A stretch of DNA of 64,000 bases from Tubiluchus corallicola (taxonomy: Eukaryota > Animalia > Priapulida): assembly GCA_030141605.1 (NCBI GenBank), contig JAQGDQ010002407.1:7769-71768 (forward strand). Direction: 5' to 3'. The position numbers and the translations under genes are program-made. How positions within the stretch are numbered: position 1 is the stretch's first letter; the number at the start of each line of letters is the position of its first letter. The notes under the pieces are model-generated. The model did no database searches and was not told the origin of the DNA. It was given only the letters and a program-made list of their open reading frames with translations. Below, one piece after another: positions 50,721 to 60,615 of the stretch.

Positions 50721-50837
50721 CAAGGCCTTTGCAATCCGAATTTGAATTGAGGAAAAACGATATGAAATCCCAAGCTTACCTAAACCCAAATGAAAACCTT
50801 TCACGAAAACATTAAAAAATATGAACTTTGCAAAAAC
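50721..50837 (+). mobile_element. MITE-like repeat (mirror of 16430-16546)
   Basis: Mirror copy. Confidence 0.7.
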
Positions 50838-50859
50838 ATCACTCGACAAAACTGCTGCT

Positions 50860-52074
50860 ATGAAAATGACAACCAAAAACTATATCGATAGAGAAAATGA
50901 ATATGGAGCCCACAACTACCATCCTCTACCGGTTGTACTAGACCGTGGAGAAGGAATATACCTGTGGGATGTGGAGGGAAAAAAATACTATGACTTCCTG
51001 TCGGCTTACTCAGCAGTAAACCAGGGACACTGTCATCCCAGGCTCGTAGCCGCCCTTACTGAACAGGCCTCAAAACTGGCACTTACTTCACGTGCATTTT
51101 ACAATGATGTCCTGGGGGAGTGGGAGGAGTACATGTCTAAACTATTTGGCTATGACAAAATGCTGCCTATGAACTCTGGCGCAGAGGCAGACGAAACAGC
51201 CATAAAACTTATACGAAAATGGGCGTATAAAACTAAGGGAGTACCCAAAGACAAAGCAAAAATAATTGTGTGCGATGGCAACTTCCATGGGCGAACAATC
51301 ACAATTATCTCAATGTCGTCAGACCCAGATGCATATAATGATTATGGACCATACACTCCGGGATTTATTAACATCCCGTATAACAACATTGACGCACTTG
51401 AAAAAGAACTAAAAAACCCTCACGTAGCAGGATTCCTCGTTGAACCTATACAGGCAGAAGCGGGGGTTTATGTCCCAGACTCCGGTTACCTGAGTAGGGC
51501 ATACGAACTATGTAAAAAACACAACGTCCTATTTGTAGCTGACGAAATACAAACAGGGCTCTGCAGAACAGGGAAAATGCTTGCGTGTCAACATGAAAAC
51601 GTAAAACCCGACATACTGGTATTGGGGAAAGCTCTCTCAGGAGGAATGTTCCCTGTCTCATGCGTACTTGCCAACAATGAAATTATGCTGAATATAAAAC
51701 CCGGTGAGCACGGATCTACGTATGGAGGGAACCCTATAGCTGGAAAAATATCAATGGCTGCCATAAGTACCCTTATAGATGAAAACCTTGCTGAAAATGC
51801 AGCAAAAATGGGAGAAATATTTCGGGGGGAAATGAGAAAAATAAAATCAGATATAATACAGGATGTACGAGGCAAAGGAATGCTCAATGCCGTCCAGATT
51901 CAACCTGCCAATGGCAAAACTGCATGGGAGCTGTGCCTGGCTCTTAAAGAAAATGGAATAATTGCAAAACCAACTCACAAACACACTATCAGATTCACCC
52001 CTCCTCTCATAATTACAGAACAGGAGATGATCAATGCAACAAAACTGATAAAAAAAACAATTGAACAATTTTAA
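50860..52074 (+). CDS. rocD: Ornithine aminotransferase (mirror copy)
   Basis: Identical to 15193-16407. Confidence 0.93.
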   Translation: MKMTTKNYIDRENEYGAHNYHPLPVVLDRGEGIYLWDVEGKKYYDFLSAYSAVNQGHCHPRLVAALTEQASKLALTSRAFYNDVLGEWEEYMSKLFGYDKMLPMNSGAEADETAIKLIRKWAYKTKGVPKDKAKIIVCDGNFHGRTITIISMSSDPDAYNDYGPYTPGFINIPYNNIDALEKELKNPHVAGFLVEPIQAEAGVYVPDSGYLSRAYELCKKHNVLFVADEIQTGLCRTGKMLACQHENVKPDILVLGKALSGGMFPVSCVLANNEIMLNIKPGEHGSTYGGNPIAGKISMAAISTLIDENLAENAAKMGEIFRGEMRKIKSDIIQDVRGKGMLNAVQIQPANGKTAWELCLALKENGIIAKPTHKHTIRFTPPLIITEQEMINATKLIKKTIEQF

Positions 52075-52286
52075 GCAAAAAATAGCTTGCATCGCACACG
52101 CGCAAAAAGTAACATTTGCGAAAAGTACAAAATCCCTCTTTGCTTCTATACAAAGCTGAATATACAACTGCCTTGATGACAGTCTTTATGAACAGCAGCC
52201 TGTCTATTGGCAGGGGTAGGGCAAATAAAAGCAGTATTAAGCAGTATTGAAAGGGGGGGACAGGAGTTCTACTGCTAATGATATCT

Positions 52287-52322
52287 AAACTCGTGCTGTA
52301 GTACAATAGCACGGGGTTTTTT
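52287..52322 (+). terminator. Probable intrinsic terminator (mirror)
   Basis: CGTGCT/AGCACG stem followed by a T tract. Confidence 0.55.
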
Positions 52323-52635
52323 ATGCTTTCTTATATATAAACAACTGCTGTTCAGTTGCTTTTCTCTTAAAACTTATACTGGAAAATACAGATATAGAAA
52401 ACTTAAGCTCATCGATAGTGCAGTAATTTACGTATACTAATTTTCTTTTATTTTAGGACAGTTAGAAAAACTTGAGCGCGTCTATATCAACTATATGTAA
52501 AAATAGATGTAGGCGAATTTTATGAAATGGCTCCTTACAATTGACTTGTAGAACTTCAAAAGAGAATCTTTTTTCCCCTGGACAAAAAGCGGCCGGGGTT
52601 GTATTTTGGAAGAGAGATCCCCCTCTCTTTAGCTT

Positions 52636-53382
52636 TTAAAAAAACCATAATCTGGCAGCAATAAGCACAATGGCTACAAACATTATTCGCCTGATCCACA
52701 CATCCCCATGCTTAACCGAAAAGGTACTGCCTAACCAGCCTCCGGTAGCATTCCCGATTGCAAGTATAAAGCCCGCTTTCCAGTCAATAGCACCCTCCCA
52801 AATAAAAATGCTGAGTGCGGCAATAGTATAAATAAGTGCAACCATCACCTTTATACTATTAACTTTAGCGAGAGAGAATCCGTTTATCTTAACCAGGGCC
52901 AACATTATAACAAATCCAATACCGGCGTGTATAAAGCCTCCGTATATGCCGATAAAAAAGAAGGATATAAGCCCCAGAACCTTCCTTTTTCTACCCATGT
53001 GCTCTACAGCGCTGTTGGGAAATGGAGGCTTAAATACAAGTATTGCTCCCACAATAACTATAATAATGGAAAGAATGCCATTAAATAGCTTTTCTGAAAC
53101 ATCTATCGCAAGAGAAGCACCTATAACAGCACCGGCCAGGGCAGTTATACCAAGATGCACTCCATACGCTCCAGGGAAGACCCTCTTTGCTCTGAAATTT
53201 GAAACAGCTACTATATTCTGAACAAGCAAAGCAAGCCTGTTAGTTCCATTTGCAACAACAGGTGGAAGACCTAAAAAAATCATTAACGGAAGCGTAATTA
53301 AAGACCCCCCTCCGGCAACCACATTTATAAACCCTGCTCCTGTACCGGCAAGAATAAGAAAAAGATAATCAAGTAAGCCCAA
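52636..53382 (-). CDS. TauE/SafE transporter (mirror copy)
   Basis: Identical to 13885-14631. Confidence 0.88.
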   Translation of the reverse strand: MGLLDYLFLILAGTGAGFINVVAGGGSLITLPLMIFLGLPPVVANGTNRLALLVQNIVAVSNFRAKRVFPGAYGVHLGITALAGAVIGASLAIDVSEKLFNGILSIIIVIVGAILVFKPPFPNSAVEHMGRKRKVLGLISFFFIGIYGGFIHAGIGFVIMLALVKINGFSLAKVNSIKVMVALIYTIAALSIFIWEGAIDWKAGFILAIGNATGGWLGSTFSVKHGDVWIRRIMFVAIVLIAARLWFF

Positions 53383-53605
53383 GCTTTTAAAAAAAGATGG
53401 AAGCTGCTCACAAAACTTTTAACTCTGCTATACGAACCAGTGGAATTACCCAGTTGATTTATGCCTTATGAATAGCCTCAGATTTAAATATACCTATAAG
53501 CAGGGAAACGCTCTTTTAACATCAGTGCCAGCGCTTATTGCCAAATAACCCTATATCCCTGCTTTCTCCTGTAATTATAACAAATTTTCCCTTTAAATCC
53601 ATACC

Positions 53606-53731
53606 GAGGCTCTTACAAAGCGAAACATTTTGGATCAAACTGAAAAACTTCGCTGAAAAATTGCAGATTACTGACGTAAATGAGGGGGCTTCATGAAAAT
53701 ATTGATAAAGAGATTAGCCCCATAAAGGCTT
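53606..53731 (+). mobile_element. MITE-like repeat (mirror of 13536-13661)
   Basis: Mirror copy. Confidence 0.65.
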
Positions 53732-53946
53732 AATAAAAATACTCTCAAACTTTTGAATCAAACACTAGCTTATTCCTCTATAGCTTCTCCCTTTTTTAGG
53801 AGCAGAATGGACCCAAATTTAGCCTGCTACTCATTAGCGTGAGAGCAAGGACTTTCCGTTGGAATATAAAAAACTGCATGCGGTATAAAAGTGGGGATTT
53901 TTACCTATATTGCCACCCTAATATTTTGTACAAAAGGTAAATAATT

Positions 53947-54372
53947 ATGCTAAAAGGTATTTTGACAATACCCGGTCAACCCGGGCTTTTCAAGTCGATA
54001 TCCGAAGGGAAAAACAGTATAATAGTAGAATCTCTTCTGACAGGGAAGCGGTCTCCCGCCTTTCCCAGCTCAAAAATGACTGCCCTCGAAGATATCGCCA
54101 TTTTTACAACTCAGGAAGATGTGCCTCTAAATGATGTGTTCAAAAACATTTTTGAAAAAGAGAGCGGAGGTAAAGCCATAAACCATAAATCGGAGATAGA
54201 GGAGCTGCGGGAGTACTTTGAAAAGGCATTGCCGGGTTATGATAAAGACAGGGTTTATATCTCCGATATCAAAAAAGTGATAGCATGGTATAACATACTT
54301 CAGGAAAAGGGGCTTTTAAACTTTGAGGAAGAGGATAAAAAGCAGGAAGGCAATAATAAGGAAGAAAAATAA
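53947..54372 (+). CDS. DUF5606-like protein (mirror copy)
   Basis: Identical to 12895-13320. Confidence 0.8.
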   Translation: MLKGILTIPGQPGLFKSISEGKNSIIVESLLTGKRSPAFPSSKMTALEDIAIFTTQEDVPLNDVFKNIFEKESGGKAINHKSEIEELREYFEKALPGYDKDRVYISDIKKVIAWYNILQEKGLLNFEEEDKKQEGNNKEEK

Positions 54373-54458
54373 ACATGGTGCCATAATGTACCTGGGCTTT
54401 TTTCAGCTCAGAGAAAAAGTCTTCCTTGAATTGATACCGCCACGCAGGTGAAAAGAGT

Positions 54459-54589
54459 AAGACCTTTGCAAAGTGAAAGTATTTTACTCCAGATTGAGGG
54501 AAGCTCAGTGAAAACCTAGGATATACAGGAGGCTTTAAAAGGAACTTTGACGAAAACATTAATATAAACATAGGCTTTGCATAGGCCTC
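54459..54589 (+). mobile_element. MITE-like repeat (mirror of 12678-12808)
   Basis: Mirror copy. Confidence 0.7.
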
Positions 54590-54621
54590 AGTATGGACTT
54601 AAATTACTTATCACCGATTAT

Positions 54622-55452
54622 ATGAATAAGATAGTCAAAAAAGAGTTTTTTTCAGACAAAGTTGTCAGCCTGGTTGTTGAAAACCCGAAAATTGCAAGGG
54701 CCAGAAAAGCAGGGAACTTTGTAATACTCAGGGTGGGTAAAACGGGAGAAAGAATTCCATTAACAATAGCGGAAGCGGACAAAGAGAGGGGAACAATCAC
54801 ACTGGTAGCACAGGTGGTTGGTGTGAGCTCATCGAAACTGGCAAACCTTGAACCTGGGGACCATATAACCGACTTGGTAGGACCGCTTGGGAAGCCAACT
54901 AAAATAGAGAACACCGGAACTATCCTTGCCGCCGGAGGAGGAGTGGGTATAGCTCCACTTCTCCCTATTGTTGAAGCATTTAAAAAAGCGGGGAACAGAG
55001 TTATATCTGTTATTGCAGCGAGAAATAAAGAGTTGATTATTCTTGAAGAGAAGATGCGTAAATGGTCGGACAAACTTGTTATTATGACAGACGATGGCTC
55101 ATACGGAGAAAAGGGGTTGATTACAGATGGGATGAAGAATATAATAGAAAGAGAGAAAGTAGACGAATGTATTGTCATAGGCCCCGCAATTATGATGAAA
55201 TTTGCTTCCTTACTGACAAAAAAATATAAAATACCCACCCAGGCAAGCCTCAATACCATAATGGTAGATGGCACAGGAATGTGCGGGGCATGTAGGGTTA
55301 CAGTTGGAGGAGAAACAAAATTTACTTGCGTGGACGGGCCGGAATTTGATGCACACATAGTTGACTTTGATGAAATGCTAATGCGTCTGGAGGGCTACGT
55401 AAAAGAAGAGGAAAAAGCAAATAGAAGGCACTTTAAAAAACTTAATATATAG
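54622..55452 (+). CDS. SudB/NfnA-like subunit (mirror copy)
   Basis: Identical to 11815-12645. Confidence 0.88.
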   Translation: MNKIVKKEFFSDKVVSLVVENPKIARARKAGNFVILRVGKTGERIPLTIAEADKERGTITLVAQVVGVSSSKLANLEPGDHITDLVGPLGKPTKIENTGTILAAGGGVGIAPLLPIVEAFKKAGNRVISVIAARNKELIILEEKMRKWSDKLVIMTDDGSYGEKGLITDGMKNIIEREKVDECIVIGPAIMMKFASLLTKKYKIPTQASLNTIMVDGTGMCGACRVTVGGETKFTCVDGPEFDAHIVDFDEMLMRLEGYVKEEEKANRRHFKKLNI

Positions 55453-55581
55453 CTTGGCTAAACAGTATGATATATCACATACAAAAAGCGAAATTTCCTT
55501 TTTAATTTTCAGGCATTACCTGTTTTTCGTACTTTGGCTTTCTGATAAAAAGGTTAACTAACCCATAAATAATTGCTCCTT

Positions 55582-55611
55582 TATAATAAAATGAACTCTT
55601 TGCAAAGGGCT
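55582..55611 (+). mobile_element. Solo 3' end of the MITE-like repeat (mirror of 11656-11685)
   Basis: Mirror copy. Confidence 0.45.
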
Positions 55612-55629
55612 AAAATAAAATATTAATAG

Positions 55630-57111
55630 ATGCTAGTAACCCCTGAATATCTGAAAAAAGAGAGAGATGCAGAATGGCGCGCTGAATTGCGGAAAAGCAT
55701 CAAAAATAAAGAACGCACACTCATCGACAGAGTGCTAATGCCCGAGCTTGAGCCTATGACAAGGGCTAAGTCACAAAATAAAGAGGTGAATACAGGGCTG
55801 TCTGTAGAACAAGCGGTAAAAGAAGCTGTCAGGTGCTTGGATTGTGCAAATCCCACATGCATCGGGGGATGCCCTGTGGGCATAAATATTCCAAAATTTA
55901 TTAAGAACATTGAAAGGCAAGAATTTGGGGAAGCAATTGCCACACTGAAAGAGACCAATGCCTTACCCGCTGTCTGTGGGAGGGTGTGTCCCCAAGAGAA
56001 ACAATGTGAAGCTGAATGCTTTTATTTTACAAAACTAGACAAAGAGCCGGTTGCAATTGGATACCTGGAGAGATTTGCAGCTGACTATGAGCGCGAATCC
56101 GGGAAGATGGCTGTCCCTGAAGCGGTTCCAAGAAACGGTGTAAAAGTGGCAGCAGTGGGTTCGGGCCCGGCATCCCTCTCATTTGCAGGCGAAATGATAA
56201 AACGGGGCTTTGACGTAACAGTATTTGAGGCGCTTCACGAAATAGGAGGGGTCTTAAAATACGGGATCCCCGAATTCAGGCTGCCCAACACAATTGTGGA
56301 TACTGAGCTGGACATTCTGAAAAAAATGGGCGTTAAATTTGAAACAAACTTTATTGTTGGGAGGACAGCGTCATTTGACAAACTCCGGGAGGAAGGATTT
56401 AAAGCTTTTTTTATAGGCAGTGGGGCAGGGCTCCCACGCTTTATGAACATCCCAGGCGAAAATAGCAATGGCGTACTATCTGCCAACGAATACCTTACGC
56501 GCGTAAACCTTATGGGAGCTGATGATGACACAAACGATACTCCTGTATTGTATGGGAAAAATGTAGCTATAATAGGAGGCGGAAATACCGCAATTGACTC
56601 AGTGCGTACTGCAAAAAGGCTTGGAGCCAAAAGAGCTGCAATAATATACAGGCGCTCAGAGCGGGAGATGCCTGCCCGTATAGAAGAAATAAAACATGCT
56701 AAAGAGGAGGGGATAGAATTTTATACACTATGTAATCCCGTTAAATATAAAGCTGATGAAAACGGAAGGGTAAAAGGGATAGAGCTTATACGTATGGAGC
56801 TTGGCAAACCGGATGACTCTGGCAGAAGACGCCCTATTGCGGTAGAGGGGTCTGAATTTGAATTTGAAGCAGACATTGTTATTATCGCTGTCGGCGTATC
56901 TCCAAATCCGTTAGTGCCAGAATGCCTTCCATCTTTAAAAACATCCAGCTGGGGAACAATAGTCGTTGATGAAAATAAAATGCAATCATCCGAAAAAGAT
57001 ATGTTTGCAGGAGGCGATATTGTAAGAGGCGGAGCAACTGTAATACTTGCTATGGGAGATGGAAGAAAAGCAGCTGAAAACATGCATAATTATCTGAAAG
57101 AAAAAAAATAG
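55630..57111 (+). CDS. gltA: GltA/SudA/NfnB-like flavoprotein (mirror copy)
   Basis: Identical to 10156-11637. Confidence 0.88.
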   Translation: MLVTPEYLKKERDAEWRAELRKSIKNKERTLIDRVLMPELEPMTRAKSQNKEVNTGLSVEQAVKEAVRCLDCANPTCIGGCPVGINIPKFIKNIERQEFGEAIATLKETNALPAVCGRVCPQEKQCEAECFYFTKLDKEPVAIGYLERFAADYERESGKMAVPEAVPRNGVKVAAVGSGPASLSFAGEMIKRGFDVTVFEALHEIGGVLKYGIPEFRLPNTIVDTELDILKKMGVKFETNFIVGRTASFDKLREEGFKAFFIGSGAGLPRFMNIPGENSNGVLSANEYLTRVNLMGADDDTNDTPVLYGKNVAIIGGGNTAIDSVRTAKRLGAKRAAIIYRRSEREMPARIEEIKHAKEEGIEFYTLCNPVKYKADENGRVKGIELIRMELGKPDDSGRRRPIAVEGSEFEFEADIVIIAVGVSPNPLVPECLPSLKTSSWGTIVVDENKMQSSEKDMFAGGDIVRGGATVILAMGDGRKAAENMHNYLKEKK

Positions 57112-57133
57112 TTTGAACAAAACATACTTGAAT

Positions 57134-58141
57134 ATGTCAAACCTGTCAGTATCATATCTTGGAATTGAGATGCGTAATCCACTTATTGCGGGAAGCTGTG
57201 GCCTTACAAACTCAATAGATAATCTCAGGAAAATTGAAAAGGCAGGAGCAGGAGCTATTGTCTTAAAATCGATATTTGAAGAGGAGATATATGCCGAATA
57301 TGCTGAAGAGTTCAGTAAACTCGGCCCTATGAGTAATAATCTTGAATTTCTCGATTACTACGACTACAAAATACGTGAAAACAATCTCGCCAGATACCTT
57401 ACCCTTATTAAAAATGCCAAAAAAGAGATCAATATTCCAATAATTGCAAGCATTAACTGCCTCAGTTCCCAGGAGTGGCCATTTTTTGCACAAAAAATAG
57501 AGGAGGCGGGAGCCGATGCCATTGAACTAAATATATTCATTCTTCCCTCTAACATATCACAATCTGGAGAAGAAAATGAAAAAACCTATTTCGATATAAT
57601 ATCGGGAGTTGCATTGAATGCTAAAATACCCGTCTCTGTAAAAATAAGCCCACACTTATCAAGCCTGGGAAAAATGATTAAAGAAATATCTTTTACTGAG
57701 GCAAAAGGATTGGTGCTGTTTAACAGGTTTTACTCTCCGGACATAGACATCAAAAAGGAGTCGCTAATAACTTCAAACCCTTTTAGCCACCCTGATGAGT
57801 ACATACTCCCTCTAAGGTGGGTTGGTATGATGTCTAACCGAATCAATTGCGACCTTATCAGCTCGACAGGTATACACAATTGGGAGACAGTAGTAAAAAT
57901 GCTGCTGGCGGGAGCAACTGCTGTCCAGGTAGTCTCAGCAATGTACATTCACGGGATTCCTGTAATCTCAAAAATGATTCAACAGCTTGCTTTATGGATG
58001 AAAAATCATCACTACTCAGATATTAAAAGCTTCAGGGGAAAACTTAGCCTTGAAAATAGCGCGAACCCATCTGACTATGAGCGCGTACAGTATATGCGCC
58101 ATTTTGGCAGTGATAAATTTCCGGGTAGTAGCCAGGAATGA
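57134..58141 (+). CDS. Dihydroorotate dehydrogenase-like protein (mirror copy)
   Basis: Identical to 9126-10133. Confidence 0.85.
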   Translation: MSNLSVSYLGIEMRNPLIAGSCGLTNSIDNLRKIEKAGAGAIVLKSIFEEEIYAEYAEEFSKLGPMSNNLEFLDYYDYKIRENNLARYLTLIKNAKKEINIPIIASINCLSSQEWPFFAQKIEEAGADAIELNIFILPSNISQSGEENEKTYFDIISGVALNAKIPVSVKISPHLSSLGKMIKEISFTEAKGLVLFNRFYSPDIDIKKESLITSNPFSHPDEYILPLRWVGMMSNRINCDLISSTGIHNWETVVKMLLAGATAVQVVSAMYIHGIPVISKMIQQLALWMKNHHYSDIKSFRGKLSLENSANPSDYERVQYMRHFGSDKFPGSSQE

Positions 58142-58168
58142 AATGTTAGAAAACCGGATACACACTAT

Positions 58169-60550
58169 ATGATCTCAGGCATTAAAATAAACAGAAGCCT
58201 TTTCTTATCTACTTTCCTGCTTTGCATGCTCCTGCCTGTAATAGCTTTAGCACAGGTGAAAGTATCATCTGAAATTGTTGTTATTCGGGGGAAGGACTAC
58301 CTGCTTCATACAGTCAAAAAAGGGGAGACACTCTACTCAATATCAAAAGCGTATAAAGTAGATATAAATAGTGTAAAAGAGGCAAATCACCTTAAGCAAA
58401 ACAGCCTGAACACGGAGCAAATATTAAAAATCCCGGTAGCAGAACAGCAGCAGGAGCCCTCAGTCCATGATCAGCAGCAAGAGCCCCCTGTCCATGAGCA
58501 GCAAGAGCCCCCCCTGAGAACCCACAAGGTAAAAAGGAGAGAGACGGTATATTCCATTTCCAAAATATACGATGTTGACACAGAAGATATTTACAGGCTT
58601 AACCCGAGCTCCAGAAAAAAAATTAAACAGGGTGTTGTTCTGAAAATTCCACCTGCCCGACAGGCAGGCAAAGACAACTTTACTCTCCACACTGTGGCTA
58701 AAGGAGAAACACTGTACTCAATATCGAAAAAATATAACTGCAGCATAAGCCTACTATCTCAGGCCAACCCGGGAATTGAAATGGTGCTATCTACCGGGAC
58801 AGTGATAAAAATACCCAAAGAGACAACAGAAAAGGAGAGTGTAAAAGAGGCTCTCGAAGAAAAATCCCCAGGAGTAGACATGCAGGAGTTGCCGAATAGT
58901 GCAAAATACTTTTCATATCGTGTCGTTTCAGGAGACACCTATTTTGGACTAAAAAGAAGATATGGGGTGGAGCAAAAGGAGTTAACAGAACTAAACCCTC
59001 AGTTGAATGACGGGTTGAAAGCAGGACTAATTATAAACATTCCCAAAAAGCAGATAGCTGTTAATCACATTATCCCGATAGATAAAAACAGGTTTTCATA
59101 CCATGTAGTTACAAAAGGAGAAACACTATATAGCCTTTCTCTGCTGTATGGTCTAAAAATAAGCCAGATCAAAGAGCTAAACCCTGGGTTAAAGGGCAGA
59201 GGGCTTATTGCAGGAGAAAAACTATTGCTCCCAAGAAATGGATACTTCTCATCCAGGTCAGAGTATATTGAAAAAGTGGAGAGCAGCACAGGAGAAAAAC
59301 TGAAGAGTGTTCCCCCCCAATGTCTCAGCTCTCGGCAGTTTATGGGCAACCTGGTGAAAGTGGGACTGTTCCTGCCTTTATGCCTGAACAATAATGACTC
59401 AATAAGTGGAAATACGAGCGAAGAGACAGCTGTCCGGGAAAATATAAAAGCTTACAAAACCATACACCCACGGACAGTAAACTTCCTTCACTTTTATGAA
59501 GGGGCACTTTTGGCAATCTATGACTTGCAAAATAGGGGTATGAGTGTTGAACTATTTGTATATGATACAGAGAGTGATCCCAAAGTCGTTGAACAGTTGG
59601 TGAAAAAACCTGAAGTTCTTGAACTTGACCTTATCATAGGTCCGGTATATATTAAATGCCAGAAACCGGTATCTGAGATTGCTGCCAAAAAGCATATACC
59701 TATGGTATCCCCGTTGTCGGAAAATAGTTCTTTAGCAAAAAAGAACCCCTACTACTTTCAAGTTAATCCGTGGAAGGAGTACAAGCTGAAGGCGACAAGT
59801 GATTACATAGTAGAAGATTTTTTCAACCAAAACATTATTGTAATGGGGTTTGACAACACCCAGCACCTTGATGAGAAAATGGTTGTTGATAGGATACGTG
59901 AGAAGCTATTTACAACGGGGTACTACAACAATACAAACGAAATACTTTTTCATGAGTTCAACTTTGATGAAGAAGGGTATTACGCACTGGAGCGACTGAT
60001 GAGTCCGCGCAAAGAAAATATAGTTATACTTCCTATAAGCAATGAAGCCGAAGTGAGTAAAGCTATAAATAATATAAATACTGCCTCTAAGAAATTTAGT
60101 ATAACCCTGATAGGATTTTTGGAATTTAGCAGGTTTGAAAGTATCGATACAGAACATCTCCATAACCTTAAAATGAACTACCTCACACCATACCGGATTG
60201 ACTACACTAAAAGAAATGTAAACAGGTTTATCAGAGACTACAGAAGGGAGTTTTATACGGAGCCAACCCCATTCAGCTTTCAGGGCTACGATGTTGTATG
60301 GTATTTCCTTAATGCTATAGGCAGGTCGGGGAAGGATTTTATCGACTGCTTACCATTTTACAGCTTCGATATGCTTCAGGCGGACTATAACTTCCAGAAG
60401 ATGTCCGAATACGGAGGATATATGAACTACTCGCTCTTAATAATGGAGTACTCAAAAGACTTTGAAGTAGAGCTGAAGGGAGAAATGGGGAATCAGCCTT
60501 TTATTAAGCATCAGGCACCGTACAAAGAAAGGGGGAAAGCTTTTTTTTGA
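58169..60550 (+). CDS. 5xLysM/PBP1 protein (793-aa allele with extra PVHEQQEP)
   Basis: Mirror of 6741-9098 with a 24-bp in-frame addition. Confidence 0.88.
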   Translation: MISGIKINRSLFLSTFLLCMLLPVIALAQVKVSSEIVVIRGKDYLLHTVKKGETLYSISKAYKVDINSVKEANHLKQNSLNTEQILKIPVAEQQQEPSVHDQQQEPPVHEQQEPPLRTHKVKRRETVYSISKIYDVDTEDIYRLNPSSRKKIKQGVVLKIPPARQAGKDNFTLHTVAKGETLYSISKKYNCSISLLSQANPGIEMVLSTGTVIKIPKETTEKESVKEALEEKSPGVDMQELPNSAKYFSYRVVSGDTYFGLKRRYGVEQKELTELNPQLNDGLKAGLIINIPKKQIAVNHIIPIDKNRFSYHVVTKGETLYSLSLLYGLKISQIKELNPGLKGRGLIAGEKLLLPRNGYFSSRSEYIEKVESSTGEKLKSVPPQCLSSRQFMGNLVKVGLFLPLCLNNNDSISGNTSEETAVRENIKAYKTIHPRTVNFLHFYEGALLAIYDLQNRGMSVELFVYDTESDPKVVEQLVKKPEVLELDLIIGPVYIKCQKPVSEIAAKKHIPMVSPLSENSSLAKKNPYYFQVNPWKEYKLKATSDYIVEDFFNQNIIVMGFDNTQHLDEKMVVDRIREKLFTTGYYNNTNEILFHEFNFDEEGYYALERLMSPRKENIVILPISNEAEVSKAINNINTASKKFSITLIGFLEFSRFESIDTEHLHNLKMNYLTPYRIDYTKRNVNRFIRDYRREFYTEPTPFSFQGYDVVWYFLNAIGRSGKDFIDCLPFYSFDMLQADYNFQKMSEYGGYMNYSLLIMEYSKDFEVELKGEMGNQPFIKHQAPYKERGKAFF

Positions 60551-60615
60551 GAAAGGGGAAAGCTTTTTTTGGTAGACATTGTAAAAAAACCATTTGTAAC
60601 AAAACGAGCTCCTTA

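Noticed and set aside
54456-54592. AGT flanking both ends of one repeat copy as a target-site duplication
   Set aside because: Only 3 bp and not reproduced at the other copies checked (4784, 45302, 35366).
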